This document shows positions 41,944-54,593 of a DNA stretch of 64,000 nt, piece by piece. Source of the DNA: Octopus vulgaris (taxonomy: Eukaryota); NCBI GenBank assembly GCA_951406725.2, contig OX597835.1, positions 40,114,001 through 40,178,000 of the forward strand, in the 5' to 3' direction. The notes under the pieces were generated by a model. That model was given only the letters and a program-made list of their open reading frames with translations, did not search any database and was not told the DNA's origin. Position numbers and translations under genes: made by a program. The number at the start of each line of letters is the position of its first letter. Within the stretch, counting starts at the first letter, position 1.

Positions 41944-42101
41944 CAGGAGTGGCTGTGTGGTAAGTAGCTTGCTTACCAACCACACAGTTCCGGGTTCAGT
42001 CCCACTGCGTGGCACCTTGGGCAAGTGTCTTCTACTATAGTCTCGGGCCGACCAAAGCCTTGTGAGTGGATTTGGTAGACGGAAACTGAAAGAAGCCTGT
42101 C

Positions 42102-42157
<56 letters not shown>

Positions 42158-42380
42158 GTGTATGTGTGTGTGTGTTTGAGTGTCTGTGTGTCTCTCCAAC
42201 ATCGCTTGACAACCGATGGTGTGTTTACGTCCCCGTTACTTAGCGGTTCGGCAAAAGAGACCGATAGGATAAGTACTGGGCTTACAAAGAATAAGTCCTG
42301 GGGGTCGATTTGCTCGACTATAAGGCGGTGCTCCAGCATGGCCGCAGTCAAATGACTGAAACAAGTGAGAGAGAAAGAGA
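41944..42380 (+). mobile_element. SINE family 1
   Basis: Near-complete copy. Confidence 0.9.
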
Positions 42381-43081
42381 GAAAGAAAGAACAGTTTGAA
42401 CCCTTTCTTTTGATCACAGATCTACTGCAGCATTTCACAGCGAGGAAAGCCTATGAAGATATGAAACGGGGGCAGAGAAAATTAGTGTATTTAATGAAAT
42501 TAAGGTTTTAAGCTTTTTTCAAAGCTTGTCAGGTGACATAAGCAAAGCAAGAAGCATTATAAATGGAAGTCTTCGTCAATAACGAAGGGAACAAAAAAAT
42601 TTGATAATTACCGAGGGGGCGAACAGTGGGGAGCAGTGCTGCTATTAGTCAGTTTGGGAGCTGCTGGTTTATTGGGTCAGTATGACACAGGGCTAAATAA
42701 CAAACACTAACATCAACATTACTCTCCTTTTGGTCGAATCACGTCAGTAGAGTCTTTTTTTTTTCACTTGTCCGTTGACTGTGGCCATGCTACAGCACTG
42801 CCTTCAAAGGTTCTTTTAGTCAAACAAATCAACACCAGAACTTTGTTTTTTTTTTTTTTTTAAGTGTGGTACTTATTCTATCAGCTTTTTGCGAAACGGC
42901 TAAGTTATACAGATGTAAAACAATCATCAGCTGTCAAGCAATGTGGGGGAGGGGCACAAACACACACACAATATACATACATATATACATACATACATAC
43001 ATATATAAAAATCAATGAAATTCCAGTCTGATTTTCATGTTTTATTATTCACAATTTTACAATATTATAATAACAGAATAT

Positions 43082-43125
<44 letters not shown>

Positions 43126-43231
43126 CGTGACTGACCAGGCTATCAGATGTTACTACACATCACTAGTCACAATGCACTTTCGCATTGTTTTAGCCTTCAA
43201 ATAACGCCACCCCGCTGGCTAAGCGAGCAGG

Positions 43232-43272
<41 letters not shown>

Positions 43273-43276
<4 letters not shown>

Positions 43277-43727
43277 TGATGCATATATGCCATTTGAATA
43301 TGGCTAACCCATAAGGGTGGATGCTACTGTAGTTTGTAGCCCCAGGAAGATATCTCCTCCAGCTGGCTATAGACACACTATCTGTGTCCTGTCAGTATTT
43401 GTGAAGAGGAGTCATCCTCCCCGTCTTCAACACATGATACACACGTACCCGAGTTTCAAGGTGTTTACCTTTCATCAGCGTGTGACAATCATGGTTGTCG
43501 ATGAGAAGTCAGATTCCTTCACAAATACATATACTTTTTCCAGTGTCGATTGACACTGATATTGAAAAAGTGAAATCAAACAATGATAAATCTCAGAGCG
43601 AGTTATAAACAGTAGCGGTAACACATCGTGATGCATATATGCCATTTGAATATGGCTAACCCATAAGGGTGGATGCTACTGTAGTTTGTAGCCCCAGGAA
43701 GATATCTCCTCCAGCTGGCTTTAGACA
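43273..43727. mobile_element. Unclassified element with 103-bp terminal direct repeats
   Basis: 43273-43375 equals 43625-43727 with one mismatch; 352-bp period. Confidence 0.7.
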
Positions 43728-43948
43728 GTACATTCATGCATTACATGATCATCAAGTTTATTATTATTATTATTTAGTAGTAGTAGTAGTAGCAGCAGCA
43801 GTAGTAGTAGTGGTGACGGTTGTGTTCCACAACTGACAACTGATGTTCTACAGTTGTCAACTGTGGAACACGACTGTCACTACATAAACCTGATGGTGAT
43901 TTCGTAACACATGAAAGCACCAGTTTTATCACAAATATATAATATTCT

Positions 43949-44218
43949 AGCGTGGAAGGTGTTTATAAGCCATTTAAGAAACACACAAAAGCCGTTCGAT
44001 TCACTCCAACATTTACGTTTAATTTGTCAAAATATTTTCGTCGCTAAAATCCGCGACCTGTTCACTGACAAAGTCCGTGAGATGCAGCACGGACTTTGTC
44101 AGTGAACAGGTCGCGGATTTTAGCGACGAAAATATTTTGACAAATTAAACTTAAATGTTGGAGTGAATCGAACGGCTTTTGTGTGTTTCTTAAATGGCTT
44201 ATAAACACCTTCCACGCT
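43949..44218. repeat. 131-bp inverted repeat with 8-nt spacer; Penelope-like fold-back insertion
   Basis: Arms 43949-44079 and 44088-44218 differ at one position; whole insert flanked by atataatattcta at 43937-43949 and 44286-44298. Confidence 0.92.
44095..44144 (+). ncRNA. Type I hammerhead ribozyme motif, G3:C8 variant (mirror copy on minus strand at 44023-44072)
   Basis: TTTGTCA GTGAACA G GTCGC GGATTTTA GCGAC GAA AATATT T TGACAAA: 7-bp stem I, 5-bp stem II, palindromic stem III. Confidence 0.6.
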
Positions 44219-44685
44219 GCAATTGTTTTCCTTTCAGCACACGATCTCAGATCAAATTACTTGCTATGCGAGTACATCTCCGTAAATATAATATTCTATT
44301 ATCATGATATTGTAAAATTGTAAATAATAAAATGTGAAAAAAAAAATCAGACTATGCTGGAATTTCATTGATTAATATATATACTTTTATACACAATCAT
44401 ACAAACTCTGAGATATATATATATATATATATATATGTAAGGGTAAAGACCCCCTTCGGTCATGAATGACCATGGGATTGCACCTAGAGTTACTCTCTGA
44501 GGCACAAGTCCGGGCAAGGTTGTTTATGGAAGACCAGCAGTCGCCCATGCATACCGGCCTCCCCTCTCCACGCCACCAGTGTTTTCCAAGGGAAAGACAA
44601 AGGTCAATACAGCTTGGCACCAGTGACGTCGCAACTCATTTCTACACTCATTTCTGGAGCAACGTGAAATAAAGTGCCTTGCATA

Positions 44686-44735
<50 letters not shown>

Positions 44736-45714
44736 CGTGATCACGTGACCGACCAGACCATCAGATGTTACTACACATTGCTGGTCACAATGCGCTTCGC
44801 ATTGTTTTAGCCGTCAAATGATGCCACCCCGCTGGTTAAGCGAGCAGGCCAACAGAAGAAAGAGTGAGAGAAAGTTGTGGCGAAAGAGTACAGCAGGGAT
44901 CACCACCACCCTCTGCCAGAGCCTCGTGGAGCTTTAGGTGTTTTAGCTCAATAAACACAACGCCCGGTCTGGGAATCGAAACCGCGATCCTAAGACTGCG
45001 AATCCGCTGCCCAAACCACCGGGCCATTCATTGTGCCTCCACATATATGTGTATGTGTGTGTATAAAGTATATAAAGTGGCAAATATTTTTAGAAATTTC
45101 ACCACCAGTGGCCTAGCACGTGTAAAAAGTCAATAGACAACATATTCTCAATATAAAATTACCTGTTAAAGGTAGTTTTCTCTTGTGTTTAAGTGTACAC
45201 TATTTTATATTGAGTATATATATATATGTATGTGTATGTATATAGTAATAAGTACAAGTAAGATCTGAGCAGGATGTAGAAGGTATAAAAGACAACCTTC
45301 AGGAACAATAGTGGTTTATTGACATTGAAGATTGTTAAGTTTTTCCTGTTTCAAAGTCTGATAAGCTGAAAACATGTTTTATAGCTTTCGGTTAGCAACA
45401 GGGGTTGCTGTGTATGCATGCATATATAAGGGAGAGAGGTGGGGGATAAGACACTCTAAAGGGGTCAGGCCATATCCAGGCTATGACCCTTGTCTACCCT
45501 TTTGCTGACACTTGGTTAGCCACTTGGATATTGGAAACTTGTGCATTTTAGCCAATCTGGGGAAATAGTTCAAAGACGTTTGTCCAAGGTGCCATGCAGT
45601 GGGACTGAACCCAAGACCACATTGTTAGGAAGCAAGGTCCTAAACTACCCAACCACCCTGCTCCTATTATCCAGAACTAAATTATTTGCTCTAACATATA
45701 TATATGACTTGACT

Positions 45715-46003
45715 TGACAGCATACACCTGGGGTGGGTTGAGCTGGCTTCATTCATCCTCAATGCTGCATCTCTCACAAACGCCAACCAGGCCTGGCAAT
45801 TTGAGGCTAACGACCGCGTGATCTCCAACCACTCCTTATTCCAGTGGCGAACGCCGTAGATATGGGGGCCTAGGTTGGGTTCCAGATCAGCCTTGACTGT
45901 CATCAGCCAGGTTTTTCGTTGTCCACCACATTGCTTTCGCCAACCCTGAAGAGGAGCTTGGGCAATTGCTTTGTAGATGAATTCTCCTGGTTGACGATGA
46001 GGG
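45715..46003 (-). mobile_element. RTE-clade LINE ORF C-terminal fragment
   Basis: Minus: ...GWRKQCGGQRKTWLMTVKADL...RSLASNCQAWLAFV fits the RTE G..RK.W...V..DL...A..R..W terminus. Confidence 0.7.
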
Positions 46004-46859
46004 CATATATATATATGCTAAAACCTTCATTATTCATTAACATGCAATGGCAGGTCATGAAAACTTTAAATATATATTAATTATATATGTAGGTGCAGGT
46101 TCCAGGTTCAGTCCCACTGTGGGACACCTTGATTAAGTATCTTCTACTATAGCCTCAGGTCAACCAAAGCCTTGTGAGAGGATTTGGTAGGCGGAAACTT
46201 AAAGAAGTCCGTTGTATACATAGACATATGTATATGTTTGTGTGTCTGTGTTTGTCCCCCCCCCACCATCACTTGACAACCGATGTTGGTGTGTTTAGGT
46301 CCTTGTATCTTAGCAGTTCGGCAAAAGGGTCTGATAGGATAAGCACCAGGCTTACAAAGAGTAAGTCCTGGGGTCGATTTGTTCGGCTAAAGGCAGTGCT
46401 CCAGTATGGCCACAGTCAAATGACTGAAACAAGTAAAAGAATAAAAGAAATATAATCATCATCATCATTTAATACCCTCCTTCCATGGGTCGGACAGTTT
46501 GACAGGAGCTGGTCAAGCAGAAGACTGCACCATACCTCTGTGTCTGTTTTGGCATAGTTCTTACAGCTGGATGTCTTTCCTAACACCAACTACTTTGCAG
46601 ATCAATATATAAATATGTTAATATTGTAAAAAAAAAAAAAATTTATATAATTTGGTGCTGATGCCACATTAAAAAGCACTGGTGATGGTACAATGTCAAA
46701 AGCACCCAGTACACTATGTAAAGTGGTTGGTATTAGGAAGGGCATCCAGCTGTAGAAACCATGCCAAAACAGTCTAGGTTACCCATGTGGCTCCTGGGTT
46801 TGGCAGCTGATGTTAAGGTGTCCAACCCATGCCAGCATGGAAAATGGATATTAAATGAG

Positions 46860-46914
<55 letters not shown>

Positions 46915-47597
46915 CTAATGTAGGATAAAACGTTTTTCGAAAAAAATTATTTTCCCAAAAAAATTTTATCAATGGCCAGCATATTAAAAAATACCTTTAA
47001 CAGTTAAATCTATAAACAATTCATAGATAAGGGCAAACAAAAAAATTTCTAATGCCCTTATCTATGAATTGTTTATATATATATATATATATATATGTAT
47101 ATAGATAATAGATCAGGATTCAAATGAATCAAGCACTTAAATGATAAGGTAACCACCTATCCTCGCATGACTTTTTCTCCTATACTACCACCAAACTGAA
47201 CAAATTCATTCTATGACCAGCAAGGTCATAGAATCATGAAAGTACACTTGCCGTTGGAAGTAATCAAGGAGGTACAAAAAACTATGGTGGTCATGACTGG
47301 AATGCCTTTTAGCCATGTGTCAGCTCAATCAAGGCCGATTTGATATTTAAACAACTATATTTTGTCAAATGCATTCACATGTGTACACTCACACATGCAT
47401 TTTATCATAGAAGTCTTTATTGGTAAAATTGATAAGGTTGAACATTTTGTAAGGAAAGGATTAAAATTCAGAGATGGAAGAAATGGATAAAAGCAGTTAT
47501 TTAATTCAAATTCTGAAAACATTCCTGACGAGATTTTAAGACCTTTTTTTTTATATATTTCTTCCATCAAACATAAAAGAACGACAACATATATATA

Positions 47598-48889
47598 TCA
47601 GGTCATTAAGAATGAAATGTGTCCAATTTTGAACTGAAAGTTTATTTTACTTTATCTCAACAAAAAGCAATGCAATTAATGAAAGTATGCACCTAAATTA
47701 TCAACACAATTTTGCCATTTTATTGGTAGCTTATTTATGCTGGCAGCAAAGAATTCTGGAGAGCAAGAGGTGACGAAATTACAAAAGGCTGTTCTTGCAT
47801 CTTCTTCAGATTTGAAGTTTTTTCCTTGCAAAAAATTGTCTAATGCCTGGGAAACATGAAAGTCAGTTGGTGCAAGAACTGGTGAATATGGTGGATGACA
47901 GAGAACTTCCAAGTTCAGTTCCTGTAACTTGAGTAGCGTTCCTTGTGCAACATGTGGTCAAGCATTGTCTTGCAAGAGAATTGGCCTGTCTCTATTGACC
48001 GCTCTCGGTTACTGAATTGCAAGTTCCCTCATCATTTCATCCAACTGGTTGATGTATAATACATCTGCTGTAATTGACTTACTGGTTCTCATGAAACTGG
48101 ATGACATCAGTGCTGTACCACCAAACAGGCACCATTAGCATTCTTTTAGTGAATATTCTTTTTTGGATTATGTTTGGTACTTTGTCTCTATCCAACCACC
48201 ATGCAGAACGCTTGCTTTTGTTGAAAAGAATCCATTTTTCATTACATGTAATAATACAACACAAAAGTGGTTTGCTTTTATACTGTGACAGCAAAGAACA
48301 GCAAGCTTCAAGACAACATGTCATTTGATGCTCATTCAGATCATGTGCTACCCACCAGTCCAGCTTCTTTACTTTGCTGATTTGTTTCAAATGGTCCAAT
48401 ACAGTTGGAATCGAAACATCAAACCTCGTTGATAACTCATGCCTAGTTTTAAATGTTTCCACTTCCACTACAGTTTCCAGCTCATTATTATCCACCTTGG
48501 TCTCAGGTCTACCATAGGGCTGATTGTCAAGAGTAAAGTCAGCAGACCGGAACGTCTCAAACCATCAACGTACAGTGCACTCCTTTGCCACATCTTCACC
48601 AAACACCTCATTGGTGTTTCGAGCTGTTTGGGATGCACTGGTATTGGGTTCCACAACGGAACTCATATTCATAAACAACACGAATTTTGTATCTATCCAT
48701 GGGTTCACAAAAATTGATTTACAAGAGGAAACTCAAAATATAATCAGACCCCATGAACTGCATTTCGAAAAGTGATGATGTAACTCTTCAATGTTGTAAA
48801 ACATAGAATTGTCGGGATAAAACATTAGAGTTAATGAATGCCAAACTTGGTTCATAAGGATATTGGACATTTCATTCTTAATGACCTGA
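47598..48889 (-). mobile_element. mariner (DD34D) transposon, full-length, decayed
   Basis: TIRs tcaggtcattaagaatgaaatg..tccaat / attggacatttcattcttaatgacctga. Broken ORF 48700 to 47676: MDRYKIRVVYEYEF...WVAHDL...ITCNEKW...LLQDNA...HPPYSPVLAPTDFH. Confidence 0.93.
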
Positions 48890-50455
48890 GATGTGTGTGT
48901 GTGTATTCTTATATATTCTTTCGCTTGCTTCAGTCATTTGACTGCGGCCATGCTTGAGTACTACCTGCTCCTCCAACAAACTTGAGGCAAAACAAGAAAC
49001 TGTTCACATTTCAAACAATAAAATTCTAGGTTTAAACTCATAATGTTCCCTATATAGGTTACTACAATTTACAGCCCCACCCTTAAAGCCTTTGCTAGTC
49101 CAAAACATTTTCACTTGTTTGTCCTCAATGCCCATGCTTGCTTTAAGACCTTTAATCAGGCCTTGTTCTGAGTAATATAAAGCTTTTCTAAGTCCAAAGT
49201 TACTCTGGTAGTTGAAAAAAATTGAGAATGTGTGTTAGGTATGATGCATGGATGCCAGGGGAAATATGTCCTGTGTATCACATTGGATACAAAAGAACAG
49301 GAAAAACTGGGAATGTGTATCAGATATGATGTGTAGATGTCAGGGAAATATGTCCTGTATATCACATGATATGCAGCAAGACAGGCAAATGGTTAAATAT
49401 TCCAAACGAAGCAATAAGATGAAAAGAATTCTCTTTCCATTAGAAAATAAAATTGGAAATAGTTCAAAAACATCATAGAGAACTGGAGAGAGATTGACAG
49501 AATCGTTAGCATGTTAGACAAATGTGTTGTGGTATTTTATCCAGCTCTTTATATTAGGACCCCAAATCCTACCAGTGTCTCCTTTGCTTTCATCTGTCAT
49601 CATCATCAACCCCTGGACATTTGACTTTTAGCACTCAATATAAGTAACCAACATAACAACATTCCTTCTGATTGGGAAGCCAGTCTGTTGCAGTGTTACT
49701 CATTTACAGCTGAATGGACTGGAGCTATGTGAAATGAAGTGTCTTGCTCAAGAACACAATGCAGCACCCAGTCCAGGAACTGAAATCACAATCTTATGAT
49801 CATGACTCCACAACCTAACCACTGAGCCACATGCTGCCAGTAAAAGGATACAAGTCCTTCCTGGGTCATAGAGACTCATAGGGCTGGTTTCCTGGTTTCT
49901 CTGACACATATATATATATATATTCCCCCTGGATGGGACGCTAGTCCATCGCAGGATTACTCATTTTTGCCAGCTGAGTGAACTGGAGTAATGTGAAATG
50001 GAGTGTTTTGTTCAAGAATGCAACACACAGTCTGGTCCAGGAATTGAAACCATGATATCGCAATCATGAGTACAAAAGCCTAACCACTGGACCACATGCT
50101 TCCACCTTCAATTCATACAATAAAATAAAGTACCAGTCAAGTACTAGTGTCAATTTGACTGCTGATTTGTACCAACATGTCATGGTCAGTCACAAGCTCA
50201 AAAATACAATAGAGTCTGCAGATGGGCAGTGGGGCAGTGGGGGGGGGGGTAATCTAGCGACAAATTAAGTGAATTAGGAGTTTAGGACAATGCTGTGTAT
50301 TATTTGTCACATCCTGTATGAAGTCCTATTAATTCATTTATTTATACTCTTCCTTCCTCTCTCTCTCTCTCTCAACAAACGCTATTAAATGAGATAAAGC
50401 CAAAGAAAAACAATGTGTTTATATATATATGCATGTGCGTATGTGTGTACACATA

Positions 50456-50628
50456 TAGGCGCAGGAGTGGCTGTGCGGTAAGTACCTTGCTAACCAACCA
50501 CATGGTTCCGGGTTCAGTCCCACTGCGTGGCACCTTGGGCAAGTGTCTTCTACTATAGCCTCGGACCGACCAATGCCTTGTGAGTGGATTTGGTAGACGG
50601 AAACTGAAAGAAGCCTGTCGTATAAATG

Positions 50629-50667
<39 letters not shown>

Positions 50668-50858
50668 TTGTGTGTCTGTGTTTGTTCCCCTAGCATTAAC
50701 CGATGCTGGTGTGTTTACATCCCCGTCACTTAGCGGTTCGGCAAAAAGAGACCGATAGAATAAGTACTGGGCTTACAAAAAGAATAAGTTGAGTTGCTCG
50801 ACTAAAGGTGGTGCTCCAGCATGGCCGCAGTCAAATGACTGAAACGAATAAAAGAGTA
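50456..50858 (+). mobile_element. SINE family 1
   Basis: Complete copy. Confidence 0.9.
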
Positions 50859-50978
50859 TATACAAAAATGTGCAATGTCACAGATTTTTTATATATATAT
50901 ATTCAATATGTGACCGCGTGTGTATCGTTGGCGATTGTTTCCTCCGTCTTCACTAACTTGGATCTTTCCTTTTCCTAT

Positions 50979-51013
50979 GTTTCTGATGAAGAGCTCCGCT
51001 CGAAACGTTAAAT
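50979..51013 (+). ncRNA. Minimal type I hammerhead ribozyme motif in Penelope-like repeat 50905-51100
   Basis: GTTT CTGATGA A GAGC TCC GCTC GAA AC GTT AAAT; canonical CUGANGA/GAAA core. Confidence 0.6.
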
Positions 51014-51102
51014 CCTCCTTCTTTCTTTCCTTTCCTGAGCGTCCAATAACACTATACTTGTTCCACATCCTCACGTTGTTGTGTTTTCATGTTTAGATTA
51101 AC

Positions 51103-51154
<52 letters not shown>

Positions 51155-51262
51155 CAGTGGCCACATCAGAATGGGCCTGGTGCAGCCTTCTGGCTTCCCA
51201 GACCCCAGTTGAACCATCCAACCCATGCTAGCATGGGAAGAGGACGCTAAACGATGATGATG

Positions 51263-51295
<33 letters not shown>

Positions 51296-51842
51296 CATCT
51301 GTGATATGACAGTTTTATATATTCAAACGTGTGTGTGTGCGCATGCACGCACACATACATGCACATAATCAAATATACAAAAACATGAACCCACTCACAC
51401 ACAAGGCCCATAATAGATACTAAACACACAAATATTCACATGTACATAAATAAACACACACACACACATAAGTTTATACATACGCACAAATGTCAGAGCA
51501 GGTGTTTTCTATGGTCGGCTGATCACCTACAACAGCAGCACTCAACTGTGACAGACAAATACTAAGTGATTGGTTGGGTTACCAAGATCAGTAGACTGAT
51601 GTACCAATATGGCCAACAGACTATTGAAGTAACACAATGCCTGTCACATAATTTGAACCTATTGCCAAAGGTTTTGAATTGAAGAAAACAAATTGACAAA
51701 CATTTGGGGGGGGGGGGAGAAAAAAGAAAGCAATTTTGAAATGGTTATATAGGAATATCTTGGAAACCAATTGATTTCGAAAGCATCACGAAAGGTTTCT
51801 GTTATCATTTGGCCAGTGAAACGCTTTGAAAATTATAAGAGA

Positions 51843-52210
51843 CTAGCACTATGACCCGGTGTTGCCGGATCATAGTGCTAGTGCATGCATATACAGCTGC
51901 GTGTGTGCACACATACATGCGAGTACTGTCCAAATCTCCAACCAATCACATACAGCTAGCTGGCATTCAATTGGTGTATCAAGTTTCAGGCATTTTGATT
52001 GGGTTTTGGATAGAAAATTCACAAAAAAGTCACTTCTATTGATTTTTTTAATGGCTTTGTGGGGTGACAGAGGAAATGTAAAGATGTGCACGACCACCCT
52101 TGGACGGTTTTGAATGACCATAGAAAGTGCGAGCCCTTTAACTGAAAAATTGTGGATTTGTATAAAGGACACAAACACAGACATTTTGCTGTTTTATATA
52201 TATATAGAGA
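51843..52210 (-). mobile_element. Small non-autonomous Helitron
   Basis: Minus: A|TCTCTATATATATAT...AAAACAGCAAAATGTC... ends in a long hairpin and CTAG|T; no TSD. Confidence 0.85.
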
Positions 52211-53409
52211 TAAAGTCCCAGGCAAAGATCATACAACAATGGAAATATTAAAGAGTGGAAGAGTGCAGCAAGGCAACTACACCTCCTCATAGTACCTATC
52301 TACAAAAGGTGGACTGCACTACTAAATTTTACTAAGCCCCTTAGATTTCTTACAACAAATTATGTTATATTTTATTACATTCAAATATTTAACAGTAATT
52401 AATCAATTACAATCTTATCCATGAGACTTCTATACAATTTACCTAGTAAAAATAATTTGTATATAATATATACAGGCACAGGCATGGCAGAGTGGTAAGA
52501 AGCTTGCTTCTAAATCACGTGGTCCCAGGTTCAGTCCCATTGCATGGCACTTTGGGCAGGTGTCTTCTACTATAGCATCAGCTTTGTGAGTGGATTTGGT
52601 AGACAGAAACTGAAATAAGCCTGTCACATATATATATATACACACACACAAGAGTTACGCGATAGAGTAGATAAGATCGGGCTACATATGTTTCATAGCG
52701 AACAGAACCTGAAAAGTGGTAAATATCCAAGTGAGCTTCATACTACTGGCCACTCTTCAGGTCAAAGATATCTTGATTAAATGAAAATTTACATTGTCAC
52801 AAGGGGGCACATATTAACATGGGGAAGATTCAATACATGTATATGTATCAATGTATGTATCTTCGTGTCTGTGTTTATCCCCCTTCCCCCTGCCACCATT
52901 ACCACTTGACAATGGGTGTTGGTGTGTTTACATCCTGATAATTCCCCCCTATTTTCATCTCTTTTTTTGTAAAGAATCCAAAATTTATTGGTGCAACCTG
53001 GTTGCACCAGGTGCACAATAACCCCTCATTGTACCTACCTATCTGCACTAAAAGGTTTGTATGTCCTTACTGTATCTATTCACACCAGGTGAACTGTATC
53101 TCACAAAGCCCCTACAGTAGCTGGCTATAGTACCACACAGTACTATCCCTACCAGATGATAAGTACCTTACTGAGATAGTACCTCACAGCACCTAGTTAC
53201 AGCTGGTGGACTATATTTCTTCTTCAGTTTATCTGGTCTGCAGCTAGGTGAAGTGAGTGCAGTAGCAAACCCTCCATGGTTCCTATTTGCAGCTAGGTGG
53301 AGTGGGCTATTAAAAGACATTTTTTTGGCACAGAGTCAGCAGTTGGTGACAGAATATAAATTATTTTCCAGGTAGTTTAGAGATCAACTACCTTGCAAAC
53401 TACAGAACA

Positions 53410-53782
53410 GATGGAGAGAGAGAGAGAGAGAAAGAAGAAAGATAGAAAGAAAAGAGAGGGAAAGAGAGAAAGAAAAAAGGAAAGAGAGAAAGAAAAAAGA
53501 AGGAAAGAGAGAAAGAAAAAAGAAGGAAAAAGAGAAAGAAAAAAGAGGGAAAAAGAGAAAGAAAAAAGAGAAAGAGGAAGAAAAAGGGAAAGAGAGAATG
53601 AAAAAGGGAGAAGGAAAAAGAGGGAAAGAGGGAAGAAAAAAGAGGGAAAGGGGGAAGAAAAAAGAGGGAAAGGGGGAAGAAAAAAGAGGGAAAGATAAGA
53701 AAAACGGAGAAAAGAGAAGAAAAAGAGGGAAAGGATAGAAAGAGATAAAGAGGGAAAGAGAGAAAGAAAAGAGAAAAAGAGC
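53410..53782. repeat. Polypurine (plus strand) low-complexity tract just downstream of the TNKS donor
   Basis: About 370 bp almost entirely A/G. Confidence 0.9.
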
Positions 53783-53864
53783 CAGATCAAATCGAGATGA
53801 ATTCTGAGCTGCAAGTGAGAGTGTTGATCAGTTTGGAGGAGGATGAGAAAATGCGTGAACTTAC

Positions 53865-54089
53865 CTATACAAACATCGATTTTGCCTTTGATAGCTGCCT
53901 CATGTAGGGGAGTGTAATTCCAGTTATCACGAGCATTGGCATCTGCCTGTTGGCGCAGCAGGAGCTTCACTACTTCCGCATGACCAAAGGAGCAGGCATT
54001 ATGCAATGGAATCAGACCCCCTTCGTCACGCGCATGGACATTTGAATTGAATTCGAGAAGGTATTCCACAACATCCTTCCGACCAAACC
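53865..54089 (-). CDS. TNKS: Tankyrase (PARP5) internal coding exon, ankyrin repeats; 225 bp, phase 1-1
   Basis: Minus strand reads ttcag|GG TTT GGT CGG... = (G)[74 protein letters not shown], ending G|gtaagt. Recognisable tankyrase ankyrin sequence, canonical AG/GT sites. Confidence 0.97.
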
Positions 54090-54182
54090 CTGAAGAGTAA
54101 AAACAAAGAGAAAAAAAAAAAAAGATTAGACTTCAATTAATGACATCAAATAATTAATTAAATGTTTGAAGAGAATAGTTAA

Positions 54183-54357
54183 TAGGCGCAGGAGTGGCTG
54201 TGTGGTAAGTAGCTTGTTTACCAACCATATGGTTCCGGGTTCAGTCCCACTGTGTGGCACCTTGGGCAAGTGTCTTCTACTATATAGCCTCGGGCCGACC
54301 AAAGCCTTGTGAGTGGATTTGGTAAACGGAAACTGAAAGAAGCCCGTCGTATATAAG

Positions 54358-54394
<37 letters not shown>

Positions 54395-54593
54395 TGTGTG
54401 TGTTTGTCCCCCTAGCATTGCTTGACAACCAATGCTGGTATGTTTATGTCCCCGTCACTTAGCGGTTCGGCAAAAGAGACCGATAGAATAAGTACTGGGC
54501 TTACAAAAGAATAAGTCCCAGTGTCGAGTTGCTTGATTAAAAGGCGGTACTCCAGCATGGCCGCAGTCAAATGACTGAAACAAGTAAAAGAGT
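54183..54593 (+). mobile_element. SINE family 1
   Basis: Complete copy about 95 bp from the TNKS acceptor. Confidence 0.9.

Noticed and set aside
42609-42622. CTCF-like site taccgagggggcga
   Set aside because: Partial match only; expected by chance in 64 kb.
49225-49385. Two diverged copies of an 80-85 bp unit
   Set aside because: Ordinary old tandem duplication with no motif or coding signal.
53377-54069. 230-aa ankyrin plus transmembrane protein as a standalone ORF
   Set aside because: It is a tankyrase exon reading through the GT donor into a low-complexity intron tract.
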